64,000 bases of DNA from Haplodiscus bocki (taxonomy: Eukaryota), in NCBI GenBank assembly GCA_965655095.1, contig OZ296650.1, forward strand, positions 112,158,001-112,222,000, read 5' to 3'. Both the position numbers and the translations under genes were made by a program. Positions 12,421 through 26,479 of this stretch are shown here, one piece after another; position 1 is the stretch's first letter; every line of letters starts with the position of its first letter. Under the pieces are notes generated by a model. The model did not search any database. It saw nothing but the letters and a program-made list of their open reading frames with translations, and had not been told where the DNA came from.

Positions 12421-13366
12421 AGAAATCATTGATTCTGGGGACCCGTGTCACCATGTCTTCTTGAAATAAAAAGAATTGTCCGAAGATTCAGATGAATTTA
12501 CACATGGAATGCGTTTAATTGACTCTCAAATAGTCTGTATACTCAAAGCTATAGTTAACTCATGGACAAAAATGATAGAATTTTGACCAAAATTGTCGTT
12601 TAACACAATTTCTAACAAAACCGGGAACAGCCAAAGTTGTCAGCACCCATAACGCCCAAAATACTCGCAGGTGTAAGCCCTTGATGTTTTGATTTTCTTC
12701 GAGAAAAAATATTGTTCTTCACCAAAAAAGAAGTAAAGCTTCGTTTCTCAGCGACTATTCACGCAGGAATTTTTTTGGGGGTAACTGAAGTTTAATGAAG
12801 ACGGAGGTTAAGTGGCTATTTTAATTTCAAAAATAACGAACCGAAAAAACTAAGCTTTTTTGTTCGCACTCGAGAAAGTTCAGCGGTTATTTACTTCAGA
12901 CAAATAACCTGTTCTTTACACACGCCGACTAAAAAAGATCAAAGACGAGAAGCGGAAGCTTTGCAACACAGCCTGGCCAGAAAAGCATGCGATCCACCTA
13001 TACCATTCATGCGTCTACACTAACAAGCTGGAAAAGGCTCAAGTCGGCTCTGCCCATACGGCTCAACATATGTAAGGTTGGTACCACAAAAATTTCTGAT
13101 AACTGGTTTCGGCGAAAAATTGTACTGGGATTTTTGGTTTTGGCCTTCAGGATTTTGGATTTTTGCATTCTTGTACGTAATATATTATGTTTCCAGACTT
13201 TAGGTTCCTCTTTCTAGGAAAACTGAAGGCCTGGGACCCCAAAATAAGAATAATTTTTGCAAACTTCATCGATATCGATGATTTTTAAAAACACGAAGGC
13301 CACTGTGACAGTAGGGCAATTTTTCTTCTAAAAAGCGCCGACTGTATAAAAAAATCCAATACTCTA

Positions 13367-14136
13367 CAGTAGTGATTTTAATTAATGCGACTAAGTAATT
13401 TTGATACGCTTTACAAAGACCTAAGTGGAGAAATAAATAATAGATCAGGGTAAACAAAGGTACTCTGAGAAAGCTCATCAAAAGGGCTACCACATGGTTA
13501 TTTCATTTGCCAAAACAAGTACTTCAAAGAGGTAGGAAACCGCGTCCCAAAGTTGATACATAAACTATGCAAACATTGCGAATACTGACTAATTTTGGCA
13601 GTTTTCGTAAAAAATCTTGACAATGACGCAAAAAAGCAAGAAACAAATTACATAAATTGTTCTTCTGGTTAATCCCCAGAGCTTTCAGTTCTAACGTTTT
13701 TTCACAACTTTGAATTTTCAGGAGAAATTTTAAAAAGTAAAAGTATATATTTAACATTCTATTTTAATACATTGATTGTCAAGTCAAACTTAGCAAATTC
13801 AAGATAGATTCCAGAATAGTTTTTGAATACTTTTATGCTAACAGATGCTATCATCTGGCACAGAAACATCAGGGGCATCTATAGAAGAAATAAAATTCCA
13901 AAATTAATTTTTTAAAGTTAGGAAATTGTCAAAAAATGGAAAGTTTGGCCAAAACGCATTTTATAGTTTTTGCTATACTCGTTGAAAATTTTTCAAACAA
14001 ACACCATTGTAGTCTCCTAAAAATTCTAAGAAGAATTTCTTTCTGGTACTTTGTCCAAAATGATTATTCCCGAAGTTAATCGTGCTTAAAGTTGTCTTAT
14101 GCATTAAAGTTGTCGCATTAATTAAAAACATTACTG
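13367..14136 (+). mobile_element. Tc1/mariner-type MITE, family T, copy 1
   Basis: TIR CAGTAGTGATTTTAATTAATGCGAC / GTCGCATTAATTAAAAACATTACTG, TA on both sides; homologous to 16442-17173 and 32512-33083. Confidence 0.9.
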
Positions 14137-16441
14137 TATTGCATTTTTTTCTTTTCGAAATTTTTTTTCGAAGGGAAAAAAATTTGGAGAAAAATAATAA
14201 TCTCAATTGGAGTATAATGATTCTCAAAAATCGTGCTTCAGAATCTTGCTACCTACAAACTGTGCTGAGCAAGTTTTTGCATTTGACAAAAAAAACAATA
14301 GGTCGTCCCGATGTGTGTAGCCGAAGCATCAAATCTCACGGAAGCTTCAAATCAATCATTAGAAGCGGCTCACAAAAAAACGATAAGTCACGCCAATAGT
14401 CGAGCTTGTTTATACGCCCCTACTAAAAACACCAACAAAAACGTCAAGTTTCGTGGAGTAAAAAAATGATAACACGATAGGAAACTTGCGTGTCACTTTT
14501 AGAAATTCAAAACCAACTCTCGATCACGCTTTTGTTATGAAAAAGTCAAATTGATATAAGTTTAAACATGTTGTCTCATAATTTAATAATTATTGTGTCA
14601 ATCAACCGCCAGGCGTTGTCTTGGTATCTTCTATATGAAAACTGACAGATACCTGCAGCAATCTAATACTCAAAAATTTGATTTGTCAATCGTGGCTTTT
14701 TAGGTTACGCCTTTTTACAATTTAAAAATGACGCTTGATATCGAAGGTGAAAAAACAAGTAAGTACCATACGTTGCAGAAAAGATCGTTTTGAGAATAAT
14801 CTTTCTGATGACGTCAGAAAATGTGCACGTTTGAACAAAAATAAAGCTTCGTTATTCTTAGATTTTTCATGAAAGTTCATCAGTATTTTTAGTTTTGAAA
14901 TCGAACCATTTTTCAAAGTAATCTAGAAAACTGAAGACTGTCGAATTTTTCATCACTTTTGAACAAGAGGTTTTTCCCGACGATATTTTGAACCATGAAA
15001 AATTACAGGAAAGCGCTCGGTTACAATTATGTAGCTTCGAGTCATTCCAAAACCTCTGACTCTAACAAATTTCCGGAAAAAAGTTAAAATTTAGGTTATT
15101 TAACTGAATAGAAATTTCTATACATTCTATACATAAAATAGGAAATCTTTTCCGTAGTTCAGCTCTCAGAAAAATGTTGAATCGAAAAAAAACTAGAAAA
15201 GATTCAGAGCTGTAGAACCGTGCATACTGTGTTTTTCTACTTTTTTCAGAGTTGAGATTTGGAAGATTTAAAGCATGGTTAACTAGACATCACAATATTG
15301 GCAAAACGAAATTTTTCAATGGGAATAAAATCTGGGTCGAATTTGTTTATCACGGCTTTGGGGGTTGTAAAGGTTCAGTTGAAATTATTCGGCCATTTAG
15401 CCCCTCAAAATCGACAAAAAGTGCAAAAATGACGTAAAATGCCAAAATCTGGGCGGCGTCTCAAACTATTTCAATTCTTGTCAGATTTCGATAAAATAAC
15501 GACTTTTTTAATCTCATAAAAAATCTAAGAGAATTTTGCGCCGACAACTTTTTCTTCTAAACCTACTACAATCTGAGATTTTGAAGTTCAAAAACGCTGA
15601 TTTTTGCTTAGAAGTTCACTCACTTCATTAAAATCACTACTGTAGCTAGAAACGAATGTGTCCAATTTTATTTTACCGTATAATTTGAAAGTTAGATTCC
15701 TTTGATAATTTTTTCTCTTGTGTTTATTCTTAAGAATCATTCTCATTTTCATCAAGCTGATTTTAGACATTCTGTACGGTATACTGACCTTTGCTTTGTT
15801 GGCCGGCCAAATGATCAATCGAATTTGGCTAAAACATAGAGTAGCCTTTTCAGGGGATTTCAAACAATCACGGCGTGAATTTAGGAATGAATTTTGGCCA
15901 AAAAATTGAGCCTCATTTCATACACTATATAGTGTGATTCAACAACAAAATAGCATGATGAAAAAGCGTAATTTTGCAGGTGAAATTAATAGATCAGATT
16001 GATAGAGACAATTTTCGGACAAACAGAAAAAATTCGCGTCCAATCTCTGAAAGGTAAAATTATATTTCGCGTTCCTTATAAATTCAAAGGTGTCATCGCT
16101 TTTAGGCAACTTATGGAAGATGGCAAAAGCTCAAACAATTTATAAATTTTTATGAAAATCATTCTGATTGGCATGAATTTAGCATAATTAGGGAAAATTT
16201 CAGCGTGGTTTGTGACCTCAAACTTGCGTTGAATGATTGCAATCCATGGAGCCTTCTAACACCGATTTGGCTAAATCCCTTGTTTTGATATCAACTTTAT
16301 TTTGAATTTTGAACGTGCTGTCCAAAATGTTGGATCAAATATGTGGTAAATTGATATTTAGAGGACACTTTGATAACATCGTAAAAAGTTCCGTTTTAGA
16401 AAATGTCTGTAATGCCTGAAGTTGTTTTCTTGGACAGTTTA

Positions 16442-17173
16442 CAGTCATGATTTAAATTAATGCGACTAAGCAATTTTAATACGCTTTACAAAATCCTGAG
16501 TGAAGTAAATATTAGATCAGAGCGAGCAAAGGTACTCCCGGAAAGCTAATTAAAAGTGGTATCAGAGTAATTCAAAAAGTCGTCCCAAATTTGAGCAAAT
16601 AAACTATGCAAGCATTGCGTATTTTGACAAACTTTGGCAGTTTTCGAAGGAAATTTTGAAAATGACGCAAAATAACAAGAAACAAATTATGATTTGTTAG
16701 TTTTGGTTATTTCCCAAAGCTTCTATCCTTATCACTTTTTTCAAATTATGAATTTTTAGGAAAATTTGAACGAAGTGAAGATATAATTTCAACATTATAT
16801 ATTAATACGTTGATGTTCAAGCTTTAGTAGATTCAAAATGAATTTTGGAATAGTTTTTGAAAACTTTTCCGCCGATAGATGATATCTGCTGTCACAGAAA
16901 CATCAGGGGCATCTATTGATTGCATAAAGTTTCGTAATTAAATATTTAGAGTTACGAAATTCTCAAAAAAAAGATAAGCTTGGCCAAGAACGCATTTTCT
17001 AGTTTTTGCTGCATTTGTTGGAAATTTTTCAAACAAACACCATTATAATTTTCTAAATTTTTGACAACATTTTGTTTTTGCTACTTTTGTCCAAAATGAT
17101 AATTCCCGAAAATATTCGTGCTTAAGGTTGACGTTTTATTAACATCTAGTCGCATTATTTTAAATCATGACTA
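16442..17173 (+). mobile_element. Tc1/mariner-type MITE, family T, copy 2
   Basis: Same TIRs (more diverged) and collinear internal sequence with copy 1. Confidence 0.85.
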
Positions 17174-18775
17174 TTTATTTTTATAAAGAACATGTTCTAT
17201 AAACATTTAAAGAGCATGCACGTACAAGAGATCGTAAACAAATTTTAGAAAGGAGCAACGTAACTAACTCTAATTGAATTCTGTTTCGATTTTTCGGGAC
17301 ATTCATGTACTTACTGCGCGTCCACTCACCGACAAAATTGGTAATTGATTTTGTTTTGTAGCAAATGGAAATGACATCACGGAATGTTTTGTTCATTACG
17401 CTCGTATAATTTGATCAAACAGCAGAGGTCGTAAATTACAATAGGTTATAAAATATTGGGAACGGCTTCTAAAGGGTTATTGTTGGGTTAGCTGAACAAT
17501 TTATCGCTTCTACCTAGCAGGTTTAAAACGAGTGATTGATAGATGCACTAATTCAAACCTTTATGTTTTACAAAAGACTGAATCAGTCCGTACTGCTGTT
17601 ACACAATCGCTGAATCACTTTTTAACTCCCATTTTCAAAACCCTTCTTGGCATTCTTTTCATGAGTCTGCAGCTGATAAAAAACTATACAGAACTGAAGA
17701 AAAGAAAAATGAAACAATTCTGTGTATAAACGAACAGTTCTCATTATACTTCGTGCACAAATGTTCACCAAAAACGGATGTGAACAGCAGCTGGCCTATT
17801 GTTTGAAAACAAAGCAACAACATTAGACAGGCTCAAATTCTTTTTGTATCTTCAGAACCTTCAGCACTTCTGGCTGAGTTAAAGTTCATTTCCTTCCAAA
17901 TAATATTCAGCTATTTACTTAAACATTATAGCCGTTGCAAGCTCTAACCAAAACATTTTCATGATGTTCTGCTGTATTGGAACTTTACACGAGCTGTGTG
18001 TGGGTGTAAGTCACCAGTTTTTACTGAGCATAAAAATCACTCTGTGGAAACAAATTTGGTGTTTACATGTTTAAAACATTTTAATCAATCAATCAAAAAA
18101 AGGCACCAGTGGCTCAAGAGTTTAATCTTAGAAAAGCAGAACAAAACAGAGGCAAAGCGGAGATCTCGCAAAACATGCTGACCATAGAAGCGATCCAAAA
18201 TCACGACATTTGACAAGAAAAAAAAAAGATTTTAAAACAGCAGAAAGCTGTAGATCTTGAGAATCCTGATCAAAATCGCTGATTAACACTTTTACTCTAA
18301 CGAGAGCAACTTTCTAAAAAGTAAAACAAAACTGTCAGTATCTGTATAAGCAAAAAATTGGTACGAATTTCCATCGGAGACGAAATTTTTAATAGATTTT
18401 TCAAGAGTAAAGGAGGTGCAAGGGTGTGTAAATCACTACAGCACCGCTCGCCGTAAAAAGACTTGACAAATTCTTCCAAAGGAACGGTTGCAAGTTCAAT
18501 CCTCTTTCAACATTACTAATAAGCTCGGCCTTTACCAAGTCGTTTATACTTAGCTTAGAAGTAGTACTCATGTTACAAAAATGCTTTGATGAAGACAAGA
18601 GCAAAAAAAACAAATGTGAGGAGTTTTGACCATTGTGACATTCGGCAAGTCATGTCGCAGATGCTGCTGTCGCTAGTTGACGGTTGCCAGACAAATTGTT
18701 GCAAATATGGAACCATTGGGCTTTCGACGCTTTCGAGTGAAGTGAAGATCTGCTGATCCATCGCCCGTACTGTCA

Positions 18776-19511
18776 CAATGGATGTTCATGGAAAATCGTT
18801 CAAAAAGGATCACTCAGAGATATAGATGAAACATGGCAAATCATGGATGGCTCATGAGAATCCCACCAGATATCATCATCCATGATACATCCATGAAAAT
18901 CCATGTTTTGTAATGTAGTATTGTAGATATCGTTGTCAGCAAGATTCTATGATTCTGAAAACACTAATTATTGCTGATTAATGATCCCTTAATTTCAAAT
19001 ATTGCTGTATGCCGACAGCATCCAGCAACTTGAAAACAGAAGTAACATCGGTTTTCTTCCATAGGAAATGATGCAAAATCAATTGCGGTAACATTTATTT
19101 TGTCATATCCAAGAATAACGTGAACTTTACCAGATTTTGTTTCAGATCACAACTCTGGAGATGAATTCTACAGTTTTCATCCATCAGCGCAATCATTTCT
19201 GACAACTTTGGTGTTACTTCGAAGTGATACAAGAAATTACCGATATAAATCAAGGCAAAAAAGTTTTGCAATTTGATTAAGCAACCATTTGATGTCTTTT
19301 TCAGAACAACGAACTTTTTATTTTATGATGGTAATTGCTGCGCCATCTATGGCTTGGGCATAATCGGTTTCTTCTTTGGTTTCTTCCAATTCATGGAACG
19401 CCATCCCTGACACTTTGTAAAACATCTAAAATTCGTTAAATGGCCCATGTCATGCGCTCCAAAAATTATGGATGAACCATGGATGGCTATCCAGGAGTGG
19501 ATAACCCGGGG
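18776..19511. repeat. CATG-rich blocks (18776-18910 and 19391-19511) ending in CCCGGGG
   Basis: Dense catg/atgg/ccat motifs. The terminal catggatggctatccaggagtggataacccgggg resembles about 31097-31130. Confidence 0.55.
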
Positions 19512-19514
19512 TAG

Positions 19515-20005
19515 CTTAGCCATTTATTTTCATTATTTTCCGCCATATTGATAAATCCTCTCAACCATCAACCAACGTTTTTTACGTTTACTTGCCAATT
19601 GAAAATGTCCGAATATCCGACGATTTTGACGTTAAAATTTTTTATCACCAAATTGCAGTAAACTTGCCGTAGAATGCGACAGTAATGGTAAGAAGTCTCG
19701 AAAACGTACGAAAGATGTCTTGTTTTGAAAAATTTGGTTTCTTTGAGATGAAAACTTGATAATTTTTCAAAATCGGTAAAGATGGGAAATTTGTAGAATG
19801 CGTATCACATGGTATTATTTCTCGAAAATGACTTTTCCACTTTAATTGGGATTTTTTTTGCAAATCAGAAAATTTTAAATTTGGAAAAGTTACAAAATTT
19901 GACGAAGAGTATTTTTTGAGGAAAAAAACGCTTTCATTCTTTTGAAAAGCATCTTTCACAAAATTGGTGGGCAAAAAATATGCCAGTGGTAGCCGGTCGT
20001 CTTGA
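19515..20005 (-). mobile_element. AACAAGACGGCC-ended dispersed element (Helentron/HINE-like), copy 1
   Basis: The reverse complement matches 27895-28412 and 31272-31520 (caagacgaccggctaccac...gatacgcattctac). Confidence 0.7.
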
Positions 20006-23000
20006 TTATCAGTCTTGAGAAATGATACAACGAAAGAATTTTGAAAGTAACGATAGCCGAGACCCAATAAATGACCTTAGCTGACAGTGAGATTAATTAT
20101 ATGCCATCGTATTTTCTTTGATTAACTCCAAAGAACACGCGAAAATCAGAAATGTAGGGGAAAACACCAAAGTTGGATATCTCCTCAACTACGCGTTCCA
20201 GATGAACTATAGCGCGTTAGAAAAGTCTTTTATTTGGCTTTCATTTAGTTCTGGTGACCCCTGTCCCCTGTCGCCTCGCTCCCTTTTTTGCAGAATTTTC
20301 CGCTGTGCGAGAGCTTGAATGGCGCTTAGTGGACTTTTATGCACAGGGCGCATGAGTGCGTGATGATTCAAGTTTGCCGTCTTTATGGCAACCAGTTCTG
20401 AGAAAAATGTCTTTTGCCATAAAATGAATTTCCATAAAATCTGAAAATTTTTAAAAAGAAAAAACCAGCATTTTCTAAAAGGCGGACATAAAAGTGTCAA
20501 TTTAAACCCTAGTGCTGTTCGAGTTGTACAATACAACAAGCGAAGGCGAAAATTGTAGGCGGGTAACGGATATGCGTTTGTAGAAAACTGATTCTGAAGT
20601 TGAAAAAATGATAGGATGAAATTACGACTGCGAATGGTTTCAGACAAAGCGTGTTAGGTCAGTTGGGGTTAAAAGCTGCGGCTCATGTGGAAAATCAGCC
20701 AATGACCCTCAGCTAGTTTTTTGAGGGCGGTTCTTGTTCAAGAAATTTCGGTGATTGCAATTCAATGAGGGTTGTTAAGCACTTCTCAATTAACAATGTC
20801 TACACTTTTGGCAGATTCGGATGTAAGTCAATTTCTTTCCGAAGTTATATTTGTTCAGACAAGCAAAGAAGACAATCGTTTTTAGACCCCAATTCTGATG
20901 TTAAGGAAACTTAGGCTATTGCTGCAATACTATAGTTGACTTATATTGTTGAAACACGGTTCCTGAAAAGATAAAAAGCACGCGCAAGATTGGAACAAGA
21001 CACCGGCTAACACCTGAATATCAGAAAATGCGAAAAAACGAAAGCGCCTACAATTTTTAAGAACCAACCCCCCTCCCCTCATACAGACACATTGCCAAAT
21101 GTGCGTTTAACTTGAATTTCAAATGGATAACAACAACAATTCTAAAGGTATTTTCTCAAATTTGAAGTGTTGAATAAGATTGCTAAAAATAATCCACTAT
21201 AAAGAAAATTACATTGAAAAGTTCAAAAAATGCGTGTTGGGAGGAAAAAGAGCCCAACTTTTCATAAGGTCACTTCTACTTATCTTTTTGAGGCAGTGAG
21301 AAAATGTTTATTTCCTGATGTGTATATTTGTGTAAATCGTTCATTTATCCTCCAAATAAATGGGGTCTTTTTCGGTGTCTCCCTGCCAACTGAGAAAAAA
21401 ATTGTCCCCCCACCCAACAATTACATTAACAAAAAATTGACTTTCATACTATTTCTCAATGACTTTTTATGTTACATATGTAACATGCTGAGATGTCATA
21501 TGCATATGATGAGATGTCACAAATTAGTTCATGTATTTTTTTTACTATGGAGGCAACTTCTTTTTTGCCAACAAAATCGCGCAATGTTTCTTTCTGATAA
21601 TTCAAGCAATCCTTAAACTAACTTTCAATCCACAAGGAGGTTAAATGAACGAACGATATACAGAAACATACAAAAGAGAAATCAAAATTTTCATTCATTC
21701 AAAAATTGCAAGTTGGTAGAATTGACTTTATAATCAGATCACAATTTAAATGAAATTCGAAGTGGATTGAAATGCTCAAATGATTAAGACCAAAAGAAGA
21801 GAGTTAATATCAATCATTTATCAAAAATTGAACAGACTTGAAACAAAAAAAAAATGAAATTCAAATAATCTAATCGTTCATGTGATCGTAATAAGTGAGT
21901 CATAGCCAGACATACTATAAAACCACTCGGTCAAATTTGCGTGAATTTTCGTACATTCAGGGAGCGTGTGTCACGACGTAAAAATAACAAAATTCAATGT
22001 GAAAAACAACGAAAAAATAGAAGCGTGAAAACAAGGTTTATTTTACTGATTTTACGCCCTCACTTCATTCATCAGGGGCCTAGTTTGATGAATTTGAACA
22101 AAAAAATGCAATTTTTGAGGCTGGAGGAGAAACCAAACTCTCAGAAAGTGTCATGTTGGCAAAAACTGCCAGTTTAGATTCTCATCTTTTGGCTGCTTGA
22201 GAAAATGTTTTCCTGCGACAGAAAATCGGTAATTGATTTTCATCAATTTTATATGATTTTATTTTATTTGAAAAGCAACATTCTGCGAAAAATCGAGGGG
22301 GTACGGCGTGAAGTTTCATGAATTTTAGCGTGATTTTTAGCGTGAAGTTTGACAAGGTTTAGCTTGATTTTATAGTATGCCTGGTTATAGCATTAGAAAC
22401 AAGGCGGATAGGTCTTCGGAAAATATATTTTGATTTGCGCTACTATGATCGTCCGTATGGTCCCTCCTGTACTCGCACGCAGCTTTGCTGCGTTTTGAAA
22501 AAAAATCAAAATTCTTTAAGGCCGCACGAAATTCCTTATTCTGGACGAGGTCGCAAAATTTACGAAAAAGCGTTAAAACAACTACCATACCGTGTAACAC
22601 TTTAAGTACTCCGTAAAATTAAAATTTTCAGAAGTCCTAAAAAATGTGATTACTCATTCAAATTATTCATTCAGAAAGCTATGACACAAATCATTGCAAT
22701 TTGGGGGGGGGGGGATAATTTGCTGGTGGGATACTTTTTCATGGAAAAGACACAATAAATATTTCGTTATCATATTCAAAATTGAAAATTTTTCAAAAAT
22801 TATAAACTTGTCAAAAAACTAATTTCTCAAAAACTGTTTTTGTCAAGCACCTTTTAAATTTTTTTTCTGGAAAATTTGGTACTTGATCCCTTTAAGAAAA
22901 TGCGATTTTCCATTTTCCCCGGAAGAAAATCCGAATTTTTGCAAAAAAAAAACGATTTTTTGAAAGAACAATAAATTAGACGCGAATTCTAAAGCAAATT

Positions 23001-23123
23001 TGGAAAATTTTGGCGAAGTCAAATATTTGAGCGTGTAATTTTTAGAAATCGTGCAGTTGGCACATTTCATGTTAAAAACGTGAATGACAAATGAATATGA
23101 TTTTCCGGAACTTTTTCCAATCA

Positions 23124-23130
23124 CTCCCTC

Positions 23131-23161
<31 letters not shown>

Positions 23162-23167
23162 ACACAC
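23124..23167. repeat. Poly-C run followed by (CA)n microsatellite
   Basis: Directly visible in the sequence. Confidence 0.95.
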
Positions 23168-23400
23168 TTTGTCAAAAATGTACTGAAATTCAAACTCAAG
23201 TGGATAACAAAAACCAAAAACATTTAAGGTTTTTGGAATATTGGAAGAAATTTTGAATAATTTTGCCGAAAATAATACTTTATGAAGAGAATCACATTCA
23301 AAAACTGAAAAAAAAATAACGAGGGGGTGGGGGCAATTTTCCTTCCGTATATGAAATATGGGTGGAAAATTTCAATATGGGCGGAAAAAATATATCAAGA

Positions 23401-23610
23401 GGCCGGAGTTTACAGCCATGTTCAAACAAAAATGACGATCAGGCTTTGTCATTGCATGAACATAATGTGTCAATCACCAATGGATAGATAGTCAGCATGA
23501 AATGTTCATGACTTTCATCACACGTTCGATATGGTTGTCATGAAACATGACATGATCATGGCATTGCCGTCATGAAAAAATAACACACCGTTTTTCACCA
23601 TGATCATTGA
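23401..23610. repeat. CATG-rich repeat block
   Basis: Many catg / catgatcatgg motifs, as in the other family members. Confidence 0.55.
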
Positions 23611-26413
23611 AAAATGATATCAGAAACTCAAATTCTACGAAAGATTCTCAAAAATTCATCCCACTAAACGGGGAAATGCTTCTGAAAATTCTAACCATAT
23701 CAGTTCTATTACCTATGCAGCACTAAAAAAAAACAAAAATCATTTTCGTTATAACGTCGAGCCGAACAAAAATTGATCAATCAAATCTTCACTGTTCGCA
23801 TCGTTTCGCAATGTGGGCTAAAAATCAGAATTCTGTGCCTCCAATTTGACGTATCTCAGGATATTTCCAAAAAAAATGAAAACTTGAAGGAGTCATTTTG
23901 GGTCCGCCGAAAGTTGGTTGTTTCACAGAAATACAGAACTGAAACAACACTGCTCAGCGTTGATTTTTGGCTCTGAAAAATTTAAATTTTAGCGCTGTTC
24001 AAAGCAGAATCAACGCTGTTCATAGATTATCAAGTAATGAACATCACTGAATCAAAAGTGAATCATTTCTGAATCAGAGCTGAATGTCTCTGAAACGTCA
24101 ATGAGACAGCAGTGTTCACGAAATAGGCGACAATTTTAGCCCGGTACAGTGGTGTTCAAAAAGAGAGCGACAAAATTGTAATTTACGTTATAATCAAAGA
24201 AACGTATCACGAAAAGTGAATGAACTAGGAAGTTACAACAAGCGCTCTTAAAATTTAGCGCAAATTACAACCAATTTCGTACGAAATTATTTTCGACCCA
24301 TATAAAAAGGTTGCTGGTTCGAACAATTTCGAGCTTTCTAAAATCTACGGGACATGTGATTCTGAAATGGATATAACACGTTGTTTTTCAAAAATTTATA
24401 GAGTGAATTTGAAAATCATTCATGCTTCCAAAAAAGCTTCACATACGTCTGACCTTGAAAAATTTCAGTAGTGTCAGGAAATTTAGGATTTTTACAAAGA
24501 TCAGGGCATAGTATTTTGTAATACAGTGAAAATTAGGCGCAAAAGTGCACAATCGATAAAAACTGCCCCAAGTGGACCAATATTGTTTGAGAATTTACCT
24601 CAAGAAGCCTATATAACTTAGCCTACTAGGTTTTTTCAGTTGCGTTTATGCATTTGTTTTTGATCGCTGCTTCTACTAAACTGTAAAAATGCCCTACTAT
24701 TAAAGTATTCTTTTTCATAAAACGTTCGAGTGCCCTTCGATTCGATCCTCTTCCAAAAAATTGCTGAAAAATTTCTATAAAGTTGTACCCACTATCTCAG
24801 GAAACACCAGGTTTCGCAAAACACCACACAACAAGGTCTCACTGACACATATTTCAAGTACTGTGGAAGATCATATGCCGAAAATGATCGTGAAACCCTC
24901 TCCTGCGTTTCACAACTTTCCGGAACCAAAAATTTGTTCTTCAAAAAGTTTTGGTCCATCAAAAGTCCCCTTTCGATATCCTTAGGCAGTGAGACAATAA
25001 ATTTTTGCCGAAAATGATACCCCCTTTTACACAGTTGAAAGATTTCTAAAACGCAGCCTCTAACATTTGAGATTCGCTTCCCAGAAAAAAACTCCTATAT
25101 TGAAAACTTTCCAATACCACCCTCCCGCCCCTATTCCACGATATCCTAAGAGCTCTCAAAAACGCGAATATCATGTAAAACCGGAAAACCATTTTGCATG
25201 CTCGAGAAGTTTCAAAACATCCTGTTTTCGCATTTGATAATCAAAACTTTTAAAACATCAAGCATTTTGGGGTAAGCATTGGGAGGAATGTGTTTGGTTC
25301 GTGGTTGTAGGGAAAGCCATTCAATCCTCGAAGAGTTTTTCTGAACGAGAAACTCATCAAAAAGTTCACATAACTTGCAATTGGCTAGATATTTGCCCGG
25401 AATCCACCAGAGATCGGTATTGAAAAATTAGGCCTGTGGAAACTTTCCCGCCACCTCCACTGCTTAGTCCTCGCTCGTTAACTCCTGTACCCAAATTAAA
25501 GCAAATCCATTCCTTCTAAAATTCTGCTGACACCTTGCATTCTTACAACTTGGCAATGGCGCGGATCTCACCAGTCTACTACACCAGAATAGAATTGGTA
25601 TCTTCCTCACTTTCAGTTCGCCTGCCGATACTACGACTTCCCAAAGATTTCGACATTCTCAGAGGTTCGGAATGTCCACAACTTTTCCATTAAAAACTAT
25701 TCCCCACTTCAATTTCCCCAGTTATTCGCACGAATTCTCCTATGCGCCGTAACCTTTGTACCAAAAGTGGAACGTTCTTAATGTTTTCGAGATAGTCATT
25801 CCTTTTTTTCATTCCCTGGGAATGGCCGCACCTTTGCCCGGATTTTAACCCGTATTGTAATTTTTCCTCAATTCAACATTGCCGGCCACTCCCATTAACA
25901 GGCCACTTCCTCTCTCTCCGCAATACGGAATATGGAATTATTTCATATTTACAAATTCTTTTACTTTTACACCTTCTCAGTACCTTGCAATGGCCACATT
26001 CTTGCGCGGATAGTACCTCCGATTAGAATGGAAAACTGTTACGCACTTCAGTTTCACTGCCCACTTCCACTACGTAGCATGTACTCGCTTAACCCGTACC
26101 CAAATTGGAGTACTCTTTATTTTCAAGATTTTTTCATCCGTCCTTTTGGGATACTGGAGAAAACCAACCCTTGCCCGGATACTCTCCATGATTAATATTG
26201 AAAATTTTCGCCGCCCAAGACTTAGAGGACTTCGGAGAACTTTCGCAATAACCATAGAGAACTTTCTTAACCATTATTACATTTTTCCGCAGGTTGGGAT
26301 TAATGAAATCAAAGCTTCCAAGGGTTTACACATGTATTAGTATACTGAAGTGGAAAGTGAAACTTTATCCAAAACTTTTCTGATTTGCGCTCTCTCACCA
26401 CTACTGCGATTGT

Positions 26414-26479
26414 TCGAATGGTCCCTCTTGTACTTTCGAATGCTCCCTCCTGTACTCTCGAATGGTCCCTCGTGTACTC
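26414..26479. repeat. Tandem repeat, 3 x 22 bp
   Basis: Consensus tcgaatggtccctcctgtactc. A single related unit occurs at about 22457-22476. Confidence 0.85.
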